From Lama glama (taxonomy: Eukaryota): a stretch of 64,000 nucleotides of DNA. A model generated the notes under the pieces. The model had not been told where the DNA came from. It saw only the letters and a list, made by a program, of their open reading frames with translations, and did no database searches. Location of the stretch: positions 44,766,001 through 44,830,000 of the forward strand of contig CM052816.1 of the NCBI GenBank assembly GCA_028534125.1. Reading direction: 5' to 3'. This document shows, piece by piece, positions 12,456 through 25,020 of this stretch. The position numbers and the translations under genes were made by a program. Each line of letters starts with the position of its first letter. Position 1 is the stretch's first letter.

Positions 12456-12979
12456 AGAAACATGTTTCCCTTTGTTCAGTGATAAATACCCAAGCATTAA
12501 CAGTGAAAAGAGCAACATTCTTTGTTTATATCCTCTTTTAAAGAAATTAATCACAGACATAAAACAATCCTTTCACTTACAAAAAAACTTAGATTTTCTC
12601 ATTTTTTATCAAGTAACATCCAGCAGTGAATAAGACCACACTGAATATTTATTCTGCTGTTAGAAACTGTAGTGTAGACTTTTGGAATGTATATCTATTG
12701 ATTTTGCCAGTGTTTTCTCAACTTTCCTTTTATTTGATAAAATCACCATAATTTTCGCTGATGAACCCCTCTCCTGCACTCTCACTTCATTTGGTTTTGG
12801 ACGGAGCTGTTTTAGGGGAGGCATCAAGTTCAAGACCTGGCCTTCAAAGTGTTCCAGATGCCCAGTACTATCAATGAATTTTAGAATGAGTGCAATTCTT
12901 TGGTGATTCAATCAAGACCAATCCTGGAACAATTTTTTAAGTGCCTGGAAAACAACTTTCTCACATTGCAATGAACTGT

Positions 12980-13262
12980 TAGGACTGATGTAATCTTAAT
13001 CATGAAGCTATAGGGACCCACAAGGTGGAGCCTGGAGATGGGATCAACACAATAGAAAGCAGACCCAAGAGATGAGGAAACTGAGAAAGAGAAATATCTG
13101 GTCTCGATGACATTGTTTAATCCACTTTGTTTAGCTATGTCTGAAGATTATTCTGGAAAACTGACCCCAGAAAGTTCTGGGTCAATAAATTCCTTAACTT
13201 CTGTTTTGTAATTCAGGGGGTATTGGAATTAGGGCGTGTGCAATTTGCCTCAGGAAAAAGTC
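12980..13262 (+). mobile_element. MaLR solo LTR remnant (MLT1J/K-like)
   Basis: caacacaatagaaagcagacccaagagatg...gatgacattgttt...gtcaataaattcc, typical of old MLT1 LTRs. Confidence 0.6.
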
Positions 13263-14929
13263 CTTCAAAATTACCAATGTACGTGTTGGATAAAATAAAC
13301 ATGAGGTACTTATTTGTGTCTTTTTTAGACAAGAAATGAGACAATAGAGATTTATTTTGAATCCTACTGATTTATTCCATATCCATTCTATTTAAAGCTG
13401 AAGAATGACAACCCATCTTTCCTTTCGGTTGCATATAACACAGAAGATATTACAAGAGAGTTCATGACATATATCCTGGTAACATAAATGCAATCAATCA
13501 ACACTATAAAATTAATAGATAACTACATGTGCATTATTTTAAAACTTGAGAGAATATATTGGAGAGCATCTAGAAGAGACCCCCAAAAGAGCTGGAGAGT
13601 TCAAAGTCAAGAATCTTTATTTTCTCACATAGGATATCTATAAACCTTACTTATATTTCTGGAACCAAATTAAAGAAACCACATAAATAGAGGGTTTCAT
13701 AAAAGCAAGACTTCAAGCAAGTAAAACTCTGCCATGGCACTTGTACTTCTACTCATCTCCTCAGCAGAAACTTCAAGGATTAAGTAGAGTGTGTATATGC
13801 CATCTGTGTTCTTGCACAATCCATGTCTTCAGTTCCATACAATTTCCTCAATTAAAATAACACATTGAGTATATAATTCCTAATTTAAAGCATAAAAAGA
13901 TTTGATTCCCTATATGTTGAGTTATTTCACGACATACTCAAAAGGAAAGTAACCCTTTTGGAAGAAGATCTCCAAATAGAGGCTGGAGTAGTAGCAGAAT
14001 GCTTCCTTTGAAAATCATATCAGGTGTTGTAAGATTCCATCCCTAGCATGCAAATGACAAGATTTTAAAATTAAGATCCATTGGATTCTCTTTGAAACAG
14101 CCCATTTTAGCATTCTTTAAACTTCCTACTCTTGACAAGCCCCTTACCCCCTCCCACCCTTATCCACCCAAAAGGTTCCCAAACTAAGTTGTATAAAATT
14201 CTACATGGAAGATTTACAAGGGTACAATGTGAGGACAGGCAGATGTTCTTTGATTTGCTCTTTGAGTGGGAAGGGCATGTAGAAATGGCACTAGTTTGAA
14301 TGACATTTGGAGTAATGGCCTGCCATTCTGCTGGCACTTCTAGTGTTAAGCAAGTGATCTGCAAAGTAAAGTGGATTCACAGTGAGAGTCAGCACCAGTG
14401 CACAGGTCGCCCGTAAAAATAGAAGATTCCATTATTCTTCGGGCTCCCTAGAGGGAGCAAGGTCTCTAGCATCATTACCAGGACTAAATCTGACTTTTCT
14501 ACCTCCCCTAATTTCCTGCTAGTAATTATAGGTCAAGCACTCTTTTGTAAATTATAAAACCTTTGTTCTTATCAAAAATGAATAGCTGAGGAAAAAATTA
14601 TAAAGAGAGTCCAAGGAAAAAAATTTCAATTAGAAAACCAAGCTAATTTGGTATGACCAAAGACTGTCAGGCATACTGACAGTGCTCTATTATGCAGTCA
14701 TTTGGGCTCTTTCAAATTAGTTATGTTAATGTCCTGTGAGTGAATGTAACACTTGGATGGGACAAGATTTCTGCAATTAATTTCTGCAGTCAGTGGAGAG
14801 ACAAGCAAATTTATTTTCCCCCCTCTCTGGGAATTGGTAGTGGAGGGTGTGAGGTAGCGAAAGTGCATTTAGGAACAGAGTACAAGCTAAACACAAGCCC
14901 TAAATAAAGCAGAAACAATGGGAGCCAAT

Positions 14930-15370
14930 GCCTCCTCATTCATTCAATTGACAATGTTTTGCAGCTTAAACCTGTTTTATTAATTATGTTTGACATTTCC
15001 TTAATTAGTTTCATTTACACCAAATCAATCCCTACTGCTGTATGGCATCATTTATCATTTTGAAAAATTTGCATACTGAGTGCTGACTTTTCCTACTTAA
15101 TTATACATTAAAAGTGTCAAGCGCGCTTGCTGCCTGGCATTATCTGCGGCAGAAAGGTTTGTGGCTGGACGGTGATGGTATTAATCATTAAGAGCCCCCA
15201 AGTGCTGCTGGGTAATATCTGGGGAGTAGAGTGGCTCTCATTTTAACGCTAGAGAGCAGAAGTGCTTTTGTAAAATGACCCAGAGCAAAAACAAAATAAA
15301 TGACCTAAAACATTCCGGTGTATTGTAATGCTTTGCTCTTTCAGTAAAAATATGCTTTGCGGGTAGGTTT
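14930..15370. promoter_or_regulatory. Candidate conserved non-coding element / developmental enhancer
   Basis: No repeat recognised. Dense homeodomain-type motifs (ttaattag, ttaattat, attaatcatta), octamer ATTTGCAT at 15067-15074, AAATCAAT at 15022-15029, TGTCA at 15115-15119, and 7 retained CpGs in 15121-15365. Function is inferred. Confidence 0.5.
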
Positions 15371-16654
15371 ACTATTAACTATTCATTTTCTGTAAATTAA
15401 AACACTATGAATCCACTAGTAGCAAATTGGTGATCTCTGCCTAGACTTGAAAACAAGATATTGTGGTTGAATACATAATGGTGACTTGGTAGCCGACATT
15501 CCAATATACACCAACTCAAATGTGTTACTTTACAAATGAAAGCTAGGAAATTTAGTATACCATTAATACCGTGATTGATGTTGCTCATTGCTTTTCTACT
15601 TAAATCTTTCATGAATAAGAAACTATGTTTCACTGAACAACATGGAGTGCAACCAAACACAGAATATGGTTAAAAATAATGGAACTTCATTGGTACACTC
15701 TTATGGTTAGATTTCAATATTATGGAATTTTCAGTGATGAAAAATTATGATGGTAAAATTTTTAAGCACAAAGCATGATCGGGAGTCACAGCAATGAAAG
15801 AGTTAACAAGAACCTGTTTGTAAATTGTGTATCAACTATGCCTTCTTTCATGTCAGAACCCAAACTTAGTGCATTTAATATTCAAATTCATTTTCAAATG
15901 CTTGTCCATTAACATAATATATGCCACTTTGCAAGCCTGGTCAGAGAAATCTGTAACTAAATAATTTTCAAGTTTCCTTCATATCAGATGCATTATATGC
16001 AGTGTGAAATTATTTCCCCACTCAATTCCTTTGCTGAACAGCAGAAAAGCAACACACAATATTGTAGATATCACTGCAAGTGCATACATTCTTTAGGAGC
16101 TACTATATATGCAGGAAAATTTATAATTGCTAATTTTTAAGTGAGCATTTAATTGTATAGCTTGTGTATAATTATAAGGTTAATATGCAATTGCAATACA
16201 GTATTACTTTAAACTTAAAAAAGAGGAATGTATATGGCATAATGTATTTATGTAAATGTTATAAATAACTCATTTATGTTTTCAGTTAAATATGCTGTGC
16301 TTTTAATGATACCATCATTAAATGGACTTGTTTGTTGTCACATGAAAATAATTTAATAGTGGAAAACACGTATCTAATTTAAATACTTAATGTTGGAAAA
16401 CACCAAAATAATCCACGTATTTGGTGACAAATGAGTTAAAATTTTTAAATGTTGAAACCAATATTATATTTTTATATATCTTGTGTTTCTCAAATATTAT
16501 ATCTTTAAATCTACATTTACATTCTTTCTGGCCCTTTATAGCCATGGTCCTTCATTCTAGTTACAAATTTTAAATGGGCAAATAGCTTTTCTCACCAGGA
16601 AAGAATAAAAAAATGTTGTAAATAATGATGATCATGATACAAAGACACAGCCTA

Positions 16655-16810
16655 TTTTTAACACTACGTCCTAGTCACTATGCTAAATAGTTTATATGTA
16701 TTGATTTTATCCTTACAGTAATCTGATGAGACAAATATATGATGACTTCACTAAAGCTAACAATTTTAAGTAACCAATCTAAGGTCACAGATCTAAGGGC
16801 AGAGTTCAGC
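16655..16810 (-). mobile_element. MIR SINE remnant
   Basis: cactatgctaaatagttt...aagtaaccaatctaaggtcacag is an antisense MIR core. Confidence 0.55.
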
Positions 16811-16904
16811 ATCACAAAAAGATCTCCCCTCTGAAGTGATGTTCCCAGTGATTTCGCTGAACTACATACGTTTATAATATTCCACAGACTTCTAGAGGTA
16901 CATA

Positions 16905-17045
16905 TGCTGTGGTGAAAGGAAACAGCATTTTGAATCTGACTGATAAGGTGAAATCCGAGTCTATCACTTACTGATTCTGTGACTTTGGGCAATTTACTTA
17001 AATTGGGCTCTTTTCTCATTTGTTTCACATGGTTGCTGGAAGAAG
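16905..17045 (+). mobile_element. MIR SINE remnant
   Basis: cacttactgattctgtgactttgggcaatttacttaaa. Confidence 0.7.
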
Positions 17046-18899
17046 TAAGAACCGGTCACATCACACTATCTAAGTAATAAACATGATTTGTCCTATCCCT
17101 ATTAGATATAGAACACTTGTTAACACGTGACCCGTCAATGAGGATTAAGCCCTCCTTCATCAGCTTTGTTCACTATGGTTCACCAAACACCGACAACAAA
17201 ACTGGGCACATTGTAGGAACTCACAATTACCCATGAGTCTGTGTGAAAGTAATGTCTTATAATGTTGAGTCCTGCAACTTCCTCTCCCTAGTATTCACCG
17301 TCCAACTAGAATCTGTGCTTCTTTTAGAAAAACATTACCTGTCTTTTCTCCTTTACTGCTCCTCCAATGCATTCCTACTCTATGTCCAGGATCGGGGCAC
17401 TTCTGATGCCCCTTTCTCAACCTGATTAGTGGAAACTGAAGTAACAGCCAAGGCGAATATATGTTCATAATCTAATCAAAGCTAACAGAGTTAAACCCAG
17501 AGAGAAAACCCGGACATGACTATGATTTTTCACTAACAGTACATTCTCTAATATGTAGGTATATAATAGTTTTAACATAACAGTTGATAACCTTATCCAA
17601 AGACAAAAACCAAAATTTCCCCAGAGTACTTAATATTTGCTTGCAACATTTTGGATGGTATTTGACATTGTGAACTTTAGGACTGTAGTAGATTTTTCCT
17701 GGCACTGGATTTCATTACATATTTTTAAAAGAAAAAAATCTTCCATGTGTGAATCGAAATTCAAAAAATCACACAGTGAAATAAACATATGCATGTATGA
17801 GTCATATAAACATAAAGTTCATTTATATACATACTCCACACAGCTTTACTTGCTTCATTATATGGAGTAGCTCCAAATGCATGTGGCCTTTCAAGGATAC
17901 ATACATTCCAATATATATATAAAATCTACAGTTCAGAAGCTCTCTACTTGTTAAAAAATTAGAAAAACTCATTTACTTGGCTCTTACAGGATTCATTAAC
18001 CTTTGTCTTCTTTTAAGAAACCAGGAACTGTTCTAAAACTGACATTGTCATTAAAAACCAATAGGAAGCCACCATTTTTAAATTAAAGTCATTAGATAAG
18101 TTTTTCAAGAGTTAAAAAAAGATTAGAAAAAAATTCAAATGAGAAAAATAATTTTGCTTTGGGTGTAAAAAGGCCCCAAGAGGAATTCTTCAAGTTTTGT
18201 TGGAAAGTACTCTTTTACTATCAGAATATCTGTGAAATTTCAACCTCGAGTGTTTTGAAAGGATTTAACTGTTTCATGCTTCAAAATGAAACAATTCTTC
18301 AGTAACAATTATACGATTATCACGTATAAGAAAAATATCACACGATAGGCTAACAAATATTTTCCAGTGACAAAGTTCTAAGAACCACAGTAATATTTCA
18401 TGATTTGTTAATAATTAATTTATAATTATACATCAGTATAATTGTACTTCCACTATCATCAAGGAAACAGAAGAATCCTCTTACCTTGACTTTTGAGAAT
18501 ATAATTCTTTAGGTAATAAAATAAACCAAGTATATAATTCTTTATAAGTGCACTGACATCTTTTCCTATTGTCCAAATGGTGTCATATTTATTCTCACCC
18601 TTTTGCCTAGACATGTCCACACCACAGCTTTCCATTGAGAGAAATGACATATGTAGATAAAGAAGAGTTAAGAGTAGGATTGGTAGTTGTGATGTGTTAA
18701 GAACTTGAAGTTAACTCTCACCATAGTCTCATGACTACCATTCTTTAATGCACTAAACTTAGTAATACTGGACATGACTTTGCAATGTAATTTCTACTAT
18801 TTCTCTTTCATACTTAGCCAGAAAAACACATCAACTCTAGAATTGTAATAATGATCCCACCATTAACTCCCTGTATTCCTTTCACATTACGCTGTCCTA

Positions 18900-19375
18900 C
18901 AGCCTTCAAAGAAAACATTCTCTCTCTAGGCAGCTCCTCTTTATTTCTATTTATATACCCACCACCAGATTTTTTTTAATACCACTTCCATCCCCCAACT
19001 TCTCATCTCAGAAGCACTCCAACTTTACACCTTGGTTGCCAATTGTTTTTATGTTCCAGTCATGAACTACTCTCCCTTATATATGTCTTCTGGCCTTCTC
19101 CCATCTCTGAGGGTTTTTAGTATAACTTTGCTCTAAATTGGAGAACTCTCCCACTGCTACCTGCATATCCAAATTTTACTAACTATGTTCTCAATTGAAA
19201 GTGCTATCTCCTTCTCTGGTTTCCTATAGCACTGCCAACACTGTAGAATCATATTTATAATTTACCCCATGGCAGTGTTTTTATTGTTCACTGTTAGTAT
19301 GTGTTCTTTCCCAGACTACCATTTTAAGTTTCCTAGAAGATAATACTACAATTTATTTTTCTTCATCCACACAGA
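18900..19375 (+). mobile_element. L2 3' region remnant
   Basis: Pyrimidine-rich, ending ctttcccagactaccattttaagtttcctagaag...ttcatccac. Boundaries approximate. Confidence 0.45.
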
Positions 19376-21569
19376 AACGCCATGGAAAATGACAGTTATA
19401 TTAACTTCTCTATATCCTTGTCTACACTGAGTAACTTAAGAGATAGTACAATGCTTAGAAAAATTCCTGCTTCACAATCAACATTCAAGAAATTCTGTTT
19501 GACTATTAAATAAAAGGAAACTTTCTTTTGATCTATTATTTCTATAACATATAAACTTATTATGCAAATATACAGAAAATAAATCAAGCAGAGTATCATT
19601 TTAAAATATTTAATCCTTCTATGAACTTGCCATTCTTCCAAGAACTTAAGGAATTTCATGTGGAATTTAAATAATTACATTATTAATTAATTTTATATAA
19701 TTAACTATAAAATTTCAATATCTTAAAAGTGGAGTATATCTGCATTAAACTCTTTAGATTAAATATCTTCAGTCATAAGAGAAAGCATAGAATGACTTTT
19801 TTCAGAGGGCTAACTTGGAATATTTATAACTATTTACTATTTTAACAATGAGAAACAAAATCAAACACTTCCAAATAAAATATTTTCAAAGGATAGAAAA
19901 GAAATCAAGTACACAATATTACAACCGGGAAGCTTTTGGAACAACTGAACATGAAATTGTGGATTCATATTCTAAGTGTCATGATCACAAGTTATTTAGT
20001 ATAGCTCTGTCTATTTCTAAATTTCTGAGTCTGCAAAAGGCAGACATAAGTAGTGAGCAAAGCCTCAAAAAAGTAAGACCAATTGAGATTTCCTGCTATC
20101 ACATACAGGGCTTTGGCAAAATAATGCTTTATTAGTCAATCAAGCAGCAATCCCACATTATCAAAATTAATTAATTTATTAAAGAGAGAGTAATAAAATC
20201 AGTATTTTTACAGAGTTGTTTTATTTTTGCCTGAGTGGATAATTTGTTAAAAATCTAATAGTATAAAATAAAAACTATAAGTAGTCTTTTTAATTAATGG
20301 GAATTAATTTTTTATTCTCTAAATTTGACATATGAAGAGAGGGAGAGTGAAGAGAAAAAGAGAGAAAAGAAAGGAGAGAAAGAATATCAATGAAAATATT
20401 GTTAAATTTAATAAAAAGTTATAATTGACATGAGTAATACCAAGACAAAAGTTAGTCACAGATTTTTTTTAAATGTAAGGTTAAACATCAAGGGTGATTT
20501 CTCCACAGGGTTTCAAGCTTTTCCTTTAAGTGGGCATTACTAAAGTTTATTTAAAATTCAAAAACTATTCTTCCCTACACACACCTAATGGTTTAATAAG
20601 AATATAGAAAATAATATTTCACAAAATATCTAAGACTATAGCCACTCTCCCAAGTATATTAAATATAGTAGTAGTATCCATATTTCTGTATTATATTTTA
20701 GCTTGTGTATCAGTATCATAAATTTACTAAGTTCTGAACATAGTTCAGGACTATTGGTCAGAAGAACATGTAGCCTAGTCTGTTATTTAACATGGTCAAG
20801 AAGTAAAGTACTCTAAAACAACATTACCATTAATTCCTTATATGCGTGGACAGTGCTCTCAGCTTAAGTCATTGCCTTCTACCAGCAACTTTCAAGACAC
20901 ATGCAAGCAAGCATATTTAATAAACTGGCAAAATTTCATTTGTACGTATGCAGAGAAGAATTCTGGGAAAGAATTTAAATTATGTCCACACTGAGTTCCA
21001 GCTATATCTACATTGTCTTGTAGACAGTGGTGCCAGACACGATGACCCTAAATCAGCATCATATCCTCAGTCATTTCAGTTGAGAGGCACTCTGAGTATA
21101 AAATGGAAGCTGTTGATTGAATCCATTGCCAGTACAGCCTCTGGATACAGGATTAGTTCTTGGGCAAAAGACAGCTAAGTGAAAATCAGAAAGCTGCAAT
21201 ACATAATGAACACAGCAGTATTATCTCAAGATCCCTTAATAGTGCCATTGTTGACAAAAATTGGGAGAGAGAGTTCTCCCACTTCCACTATAGGCCACAT
21301 TCGAGTTTGGCTCCAAGGCAGTCATTAATAGAAAGGGCTGCTGTGAGCATCTCAGTGCAGCAGAAGAACAGTGGACATGTCCACTGTGCTGAGCAGAGTA
21401 GTTCTGGGGTAGCAGCAGGGTCCATAAGGATTGCAAAGAACAGGAAGGTAGCTGTTGCCTCAGGAGCTGCGGTTCAGCAATAGAAAATATCAGTGTTGGG
21501 CCAGTAGGTGCTGACTCATTTCTGAGCAAATGTGAGACCTACCTGGGAAAACAGAGAAATGCTGAAGGA

Positions 21570-21745
21570 GAATCTGTACTTCTGCCATTTACTAGCTATA
21601 TGACACTGAGCAAGTGAGGAAATCTCTTCCATGTCTCAGTTTCCTCATATGTAAACTAGAGATAATAATAGTATTATCATTGTCGATGTGAGGATTGAGT
21701 TAATACACTTGTTGGACATATATAACTATTATGTCATGCTATTGT
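21570..21745 (+). mobile_element. MIR SINE
   Basis: ctgccatttactagctatatgacactgagcaagt...tctcagtttcctcatatgtaaactagagataataatagta. Confidence 0.85.
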
Positions 21746-21799
21746 TTATATTCTTTCTCTAGTAATTTAAGTGATAATTCCAAAAACCATGAGATACTG

Positions 21800-23586
21800 G
21801 AGAAGAAAACTGTAGATGATACAAAGAAATAGAGAGATAGCCCATGCTTTTGGATTGGAATAATTAATATTGTCACAATGGCCACACTCCCCAAAGCAAT
21901 CTACAAATTCAATGTAATCCCTATCAAAATGCTAATGGCATTTTTCATGGAGCTAGAACAAATAATTCTAAAATTTGTGAGGAACCACAAAAGACCCTGA
22001 ATTGACAAAGTAATGCTGAGAAGAAAGAACAAAGCTGGAGTAATCAACCTCCCAGACTTCAGACTACCCTAAAAATCTACAGTGATCAGAACAGCAGAGT
22101 ACTGATACAGAAAAAGAGATACCGAGGTCAATGGAAGAGAATACAAAGCCCACACACGTACAGTCAATCTACAACAAAATAGGCAAGAACATACAGTGGG
22201 AAAAGACAATCTCTTCAATAAGTGGTGCTGGGAAAACTGGACAGCTATATTTAAAACAATGAAATTAAAACATTTCCTCTTACAATATACAAAAATAAAC
22301 TCAAAGTGGATAAAAGACCTAAATGTAAGACCTGAAACCATAAAACTCTTAGAAAAAAAAAATAAGCAGAACACTCTGACATAAATTGTTGCAATATTTT
22401 CTTAGATCTGTTTACTAAGGCAAAAGAAATAAAAGCAAAAATTAACAAATAGGACCTAATTAAATTTAAAAATTTTGCACAGCAAAGGAAACCATTGACA
22501 AAACAAACAGACAACCTACAGAATGGAAGAAAATATTTGCAAATGATGTGACTGACAAGAGGTTAATATTCAAAATATATAAACAGATCATACAACTCAA
22601 TACCAAAAAACAACCCAATCAAAATATGAGCAGAAGACCTGAATAGATCTTTTTTTCCAAAAAAGACATGTACATAGCTAATTGGCATATGAAAAGATGC
22701 TCAATATCACTGAAGAAATGCAAATCAGAAAAACAATTAGATGTTGTCTCACACCTGTTAGAATGGCTATCCTCAAAAAGTCTACAAATAAGAAATGGTG
22801 GCAAGGATGTGGAGAAAAGGGAACCCTTGTACTCTTGGTGGAAATATAAATTGGTACAGCTACTATGGAAAATAGTATGGTGGTTCCTCAGAGAACTAAA
22901 AACAGAACTACCATATGATCCAGCAATTCCACTACTGGGTAGATGCCCCCCAGAAAACACAAAAACACTAATTTGAAAAGATATGTGTACCCCAATGTTC
23001 ATAGCAGCACTGTTTATAATAGCAAAGATACAGAAGCAACCCAAGTGCCCATTAACAGATGAACAGCTAAAGAAAATGTAAATATCACACACACACAAGA
23101 CACACCACACACACAAAGGAATACTACTCAGATACGAAAAAGAGTGAAATTCTGCCACTCACAGTAACATGGATAGACCTAAAGAATATTGTGCTTAGTG
23201 AAGTAAGTCAGACATAGAAAGACAGATATGTATGATATCACTTATATGTGGAATCTGAAAAATAACGCAAACAAATGCATATACCAAACAGAAATAGACT
23301 CACAGATATAGAAAACAAACTAGAGAGGGAATGGGAGGAGGCAAATTAAAGGTATGAGATTAATAAATATAAACTACTATATATAAAATCAATAAGCAAC
23401 AAGGATATATTGTATAGCACAAGGGACTATAGCCATTATCTTATAATAATTTTAATGGTGTATAATCTATAAAGTTACTGAATCACTATGCTGTATACCT
23501 GAAGCTAATATAACACTGTAAATCAGTTATACCTCAATTTAAAAAAATTAAAAATAAAACTACAAAGAAAAGAAAAAAGAAAAAAT
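21800..23586 (+). mobile_element. 5'-truncated L1 (ORF2 C-terminus, 3'UTR, A-rich tail)
   Basis: ORFs 22196..22384 ([13 protein letters not shown]...[23 protein letters not shown]) and 22668..22976 ([21 protein letters not shown]) are ORF2p; A-rich tail at about 23540-23586. No convincing TSD. Confidence 0.95.
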
Positions 23587-23607
23587 TCAGAATCTCACAA
23601 TACCTTG

Positions 23608-23745
23608 GGAGACAGTGCAATATAGTGGAAAGAGCATGAACCTGGGAGTTTTTAACTAAATTAATGGCTATTTGACTTGGGGCAACTTGCATAAAATCTC
23701 TTAGTTTCCTTATCTATAAAATAATTATATTAAATCTTTTATCAT
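23608..23745 (+). mobile_element. MIR SINE remnant
   Basis: gacagtgcaatatagtggaaagagcatg...tgacttggggcaacttgc...ttagtttccttatctataaaat. Confidence 0.7.
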
Positions 23746-23769
23746 GATAAAATATCTAAACTATCAAAT

Positions 23770-24010
23770 AATACTAACCAAAATTTGTTGAGCAACTATG
23801 TTCCAAGCATTGGTTTAAGGGGTTTAATGTGTTAACTCATTTAATGCTTCCTCACTAGAATATTATGAGGTAGATAAAATTATTATCTCTGTTTTTCAGA
23901 AAAAGTAACTGAGGCACAAATCACCTTTCTAAGTCTCCACAAGTAAATGACAGAAGCAGCATTTGAATGGATATTCTGACTTAAACATCAATAGCCTTAG
24001 ACACTATAAT
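23770..24010 (-). mobile_element. MIR SINE remnant
   Basis: tttgttgagcaactatgttccaagca...attatctctgtttttcagaaaaagtaactgaggcaca. Confidence 0.75.
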
Positions 24011-24649
24011 ATCACCACTGAGTGTTTGGAAAATTGTAAGTGTTTATTAAGTGGCAGCTGCTATTATCATCTGGATCATCACAAATAATGATTATCATTA
24101 TCCTACAGATGTGCAGAAATATTGGTGAATAAAGTACTGGGCATAAAAATCTATTTACTGCATATATATTTAGAATCACATTAATAGTTGATAGATTTTT
24201 AAATATTTAATAATACAGCACACAAATTTTTATTTTTTGGTAAAATATTATTTTAACAGTACTATTTAGGATCACATTTTTCATGTTTGGTCAGATTTTT
24301 TTAAAGATTTTCTTTAAAAAAAAAAAGAGTTTCAGATTTGGCCCAAAATTCATAGAGACCTAACAAATTCAGAGAGACCAAATCACATGTACTCTCCCTC
24401 TATGAGTTCATAACTTTAAATGGATTAAATTTGTTGGCATAACTCCTTGCAATGAGAAAAAAATTTTTTATACACTTCTAGAATTTGTTATTTTAAATCT
24501 TAAACAATCAGGTTAATACAATAGAAGTTTTCTTGAGTAAGCAAAATACTATGCTAAATTATGTTTTTTTGAGGGTTCGGGGGGTTTACTGGTCAAATTC
24601 TGTGGCTAGACTTTTATTTTTTGTTTGTTTCATTCCATGGTCAAGTTTC

Positions 24650-25020
24650 ATTTTTTTCCAGGTTTATTGAGGTATAGTTAACAATAAAATTATAAAATAC
24701 TTAAAGCCCACATCATGGTGGTTTTCTCTATATACACATTGTGAAAGGACTCCCACACCTAGTTAATTAACACATCCATCACCTCACATATTTACTTTTT
24801 TTTTTGAGTTATAGTCAGTTTACAATGTTGTGTCAATTTCTGGTGTACAGCACAATTATATTCACCCTTTTCTAATGAGACCATTTAAGTTCTACTCTCT
24901 TTTAACAAATTTCAATTGTATAATATAAATACAGTACTATGAACTATAGTTACCACGTTTGACATTAGATCCTCAGACCTTATTCATCTTATAGCTGGAA
25001 GTTTACACCCTTTTACCATG
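24650..25020 (-). mobile_element. L1MA-like 3' end, containing a 62-bp younger L1 tail (24796-24857)
   Basis: tttattgaggtatagtt...ttaattaacacatccatcacctcacata ... cttattcatcttatagctggaagttt matches the L1MA 3'UTR; the insert is flanked by atatttac/atattcac. Confidence 0.85.

Noticed and set aside
12660..12975. ORFs 12660..12911 and 12682..12906, plus the peptide FFKCLENNFLTLQ (about 12933-12971) faintly like a CR1/L3 endonuclease
   Set aside because: No recognisable protein, and the similarity is too short and runs into an MLT1 LTR. A Dfam HMM search would be needed.
13162..13184. Short inverted repeat tgaccccagaa-ag-ttctgggtca (another at 40635-40657)
   Set aside because: Arms of 8-10 bp are expected by chance in 64 kb; the first lies within an LTR remnant.
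18478..18525. Possible 22-nt minus-strand microexon (aag|AATTATATTCTCAAAAGTCAAG|gtaaga)
   Set aside because: Weak AAG acceptor, not frame-preserving, and no recognisable peptide.
23608..24010. Adjacent oppositely oriented MIRs as a possible dsRNA hairpin
   Set aside because: Too diverged for stable pairing, and a common arrangement.
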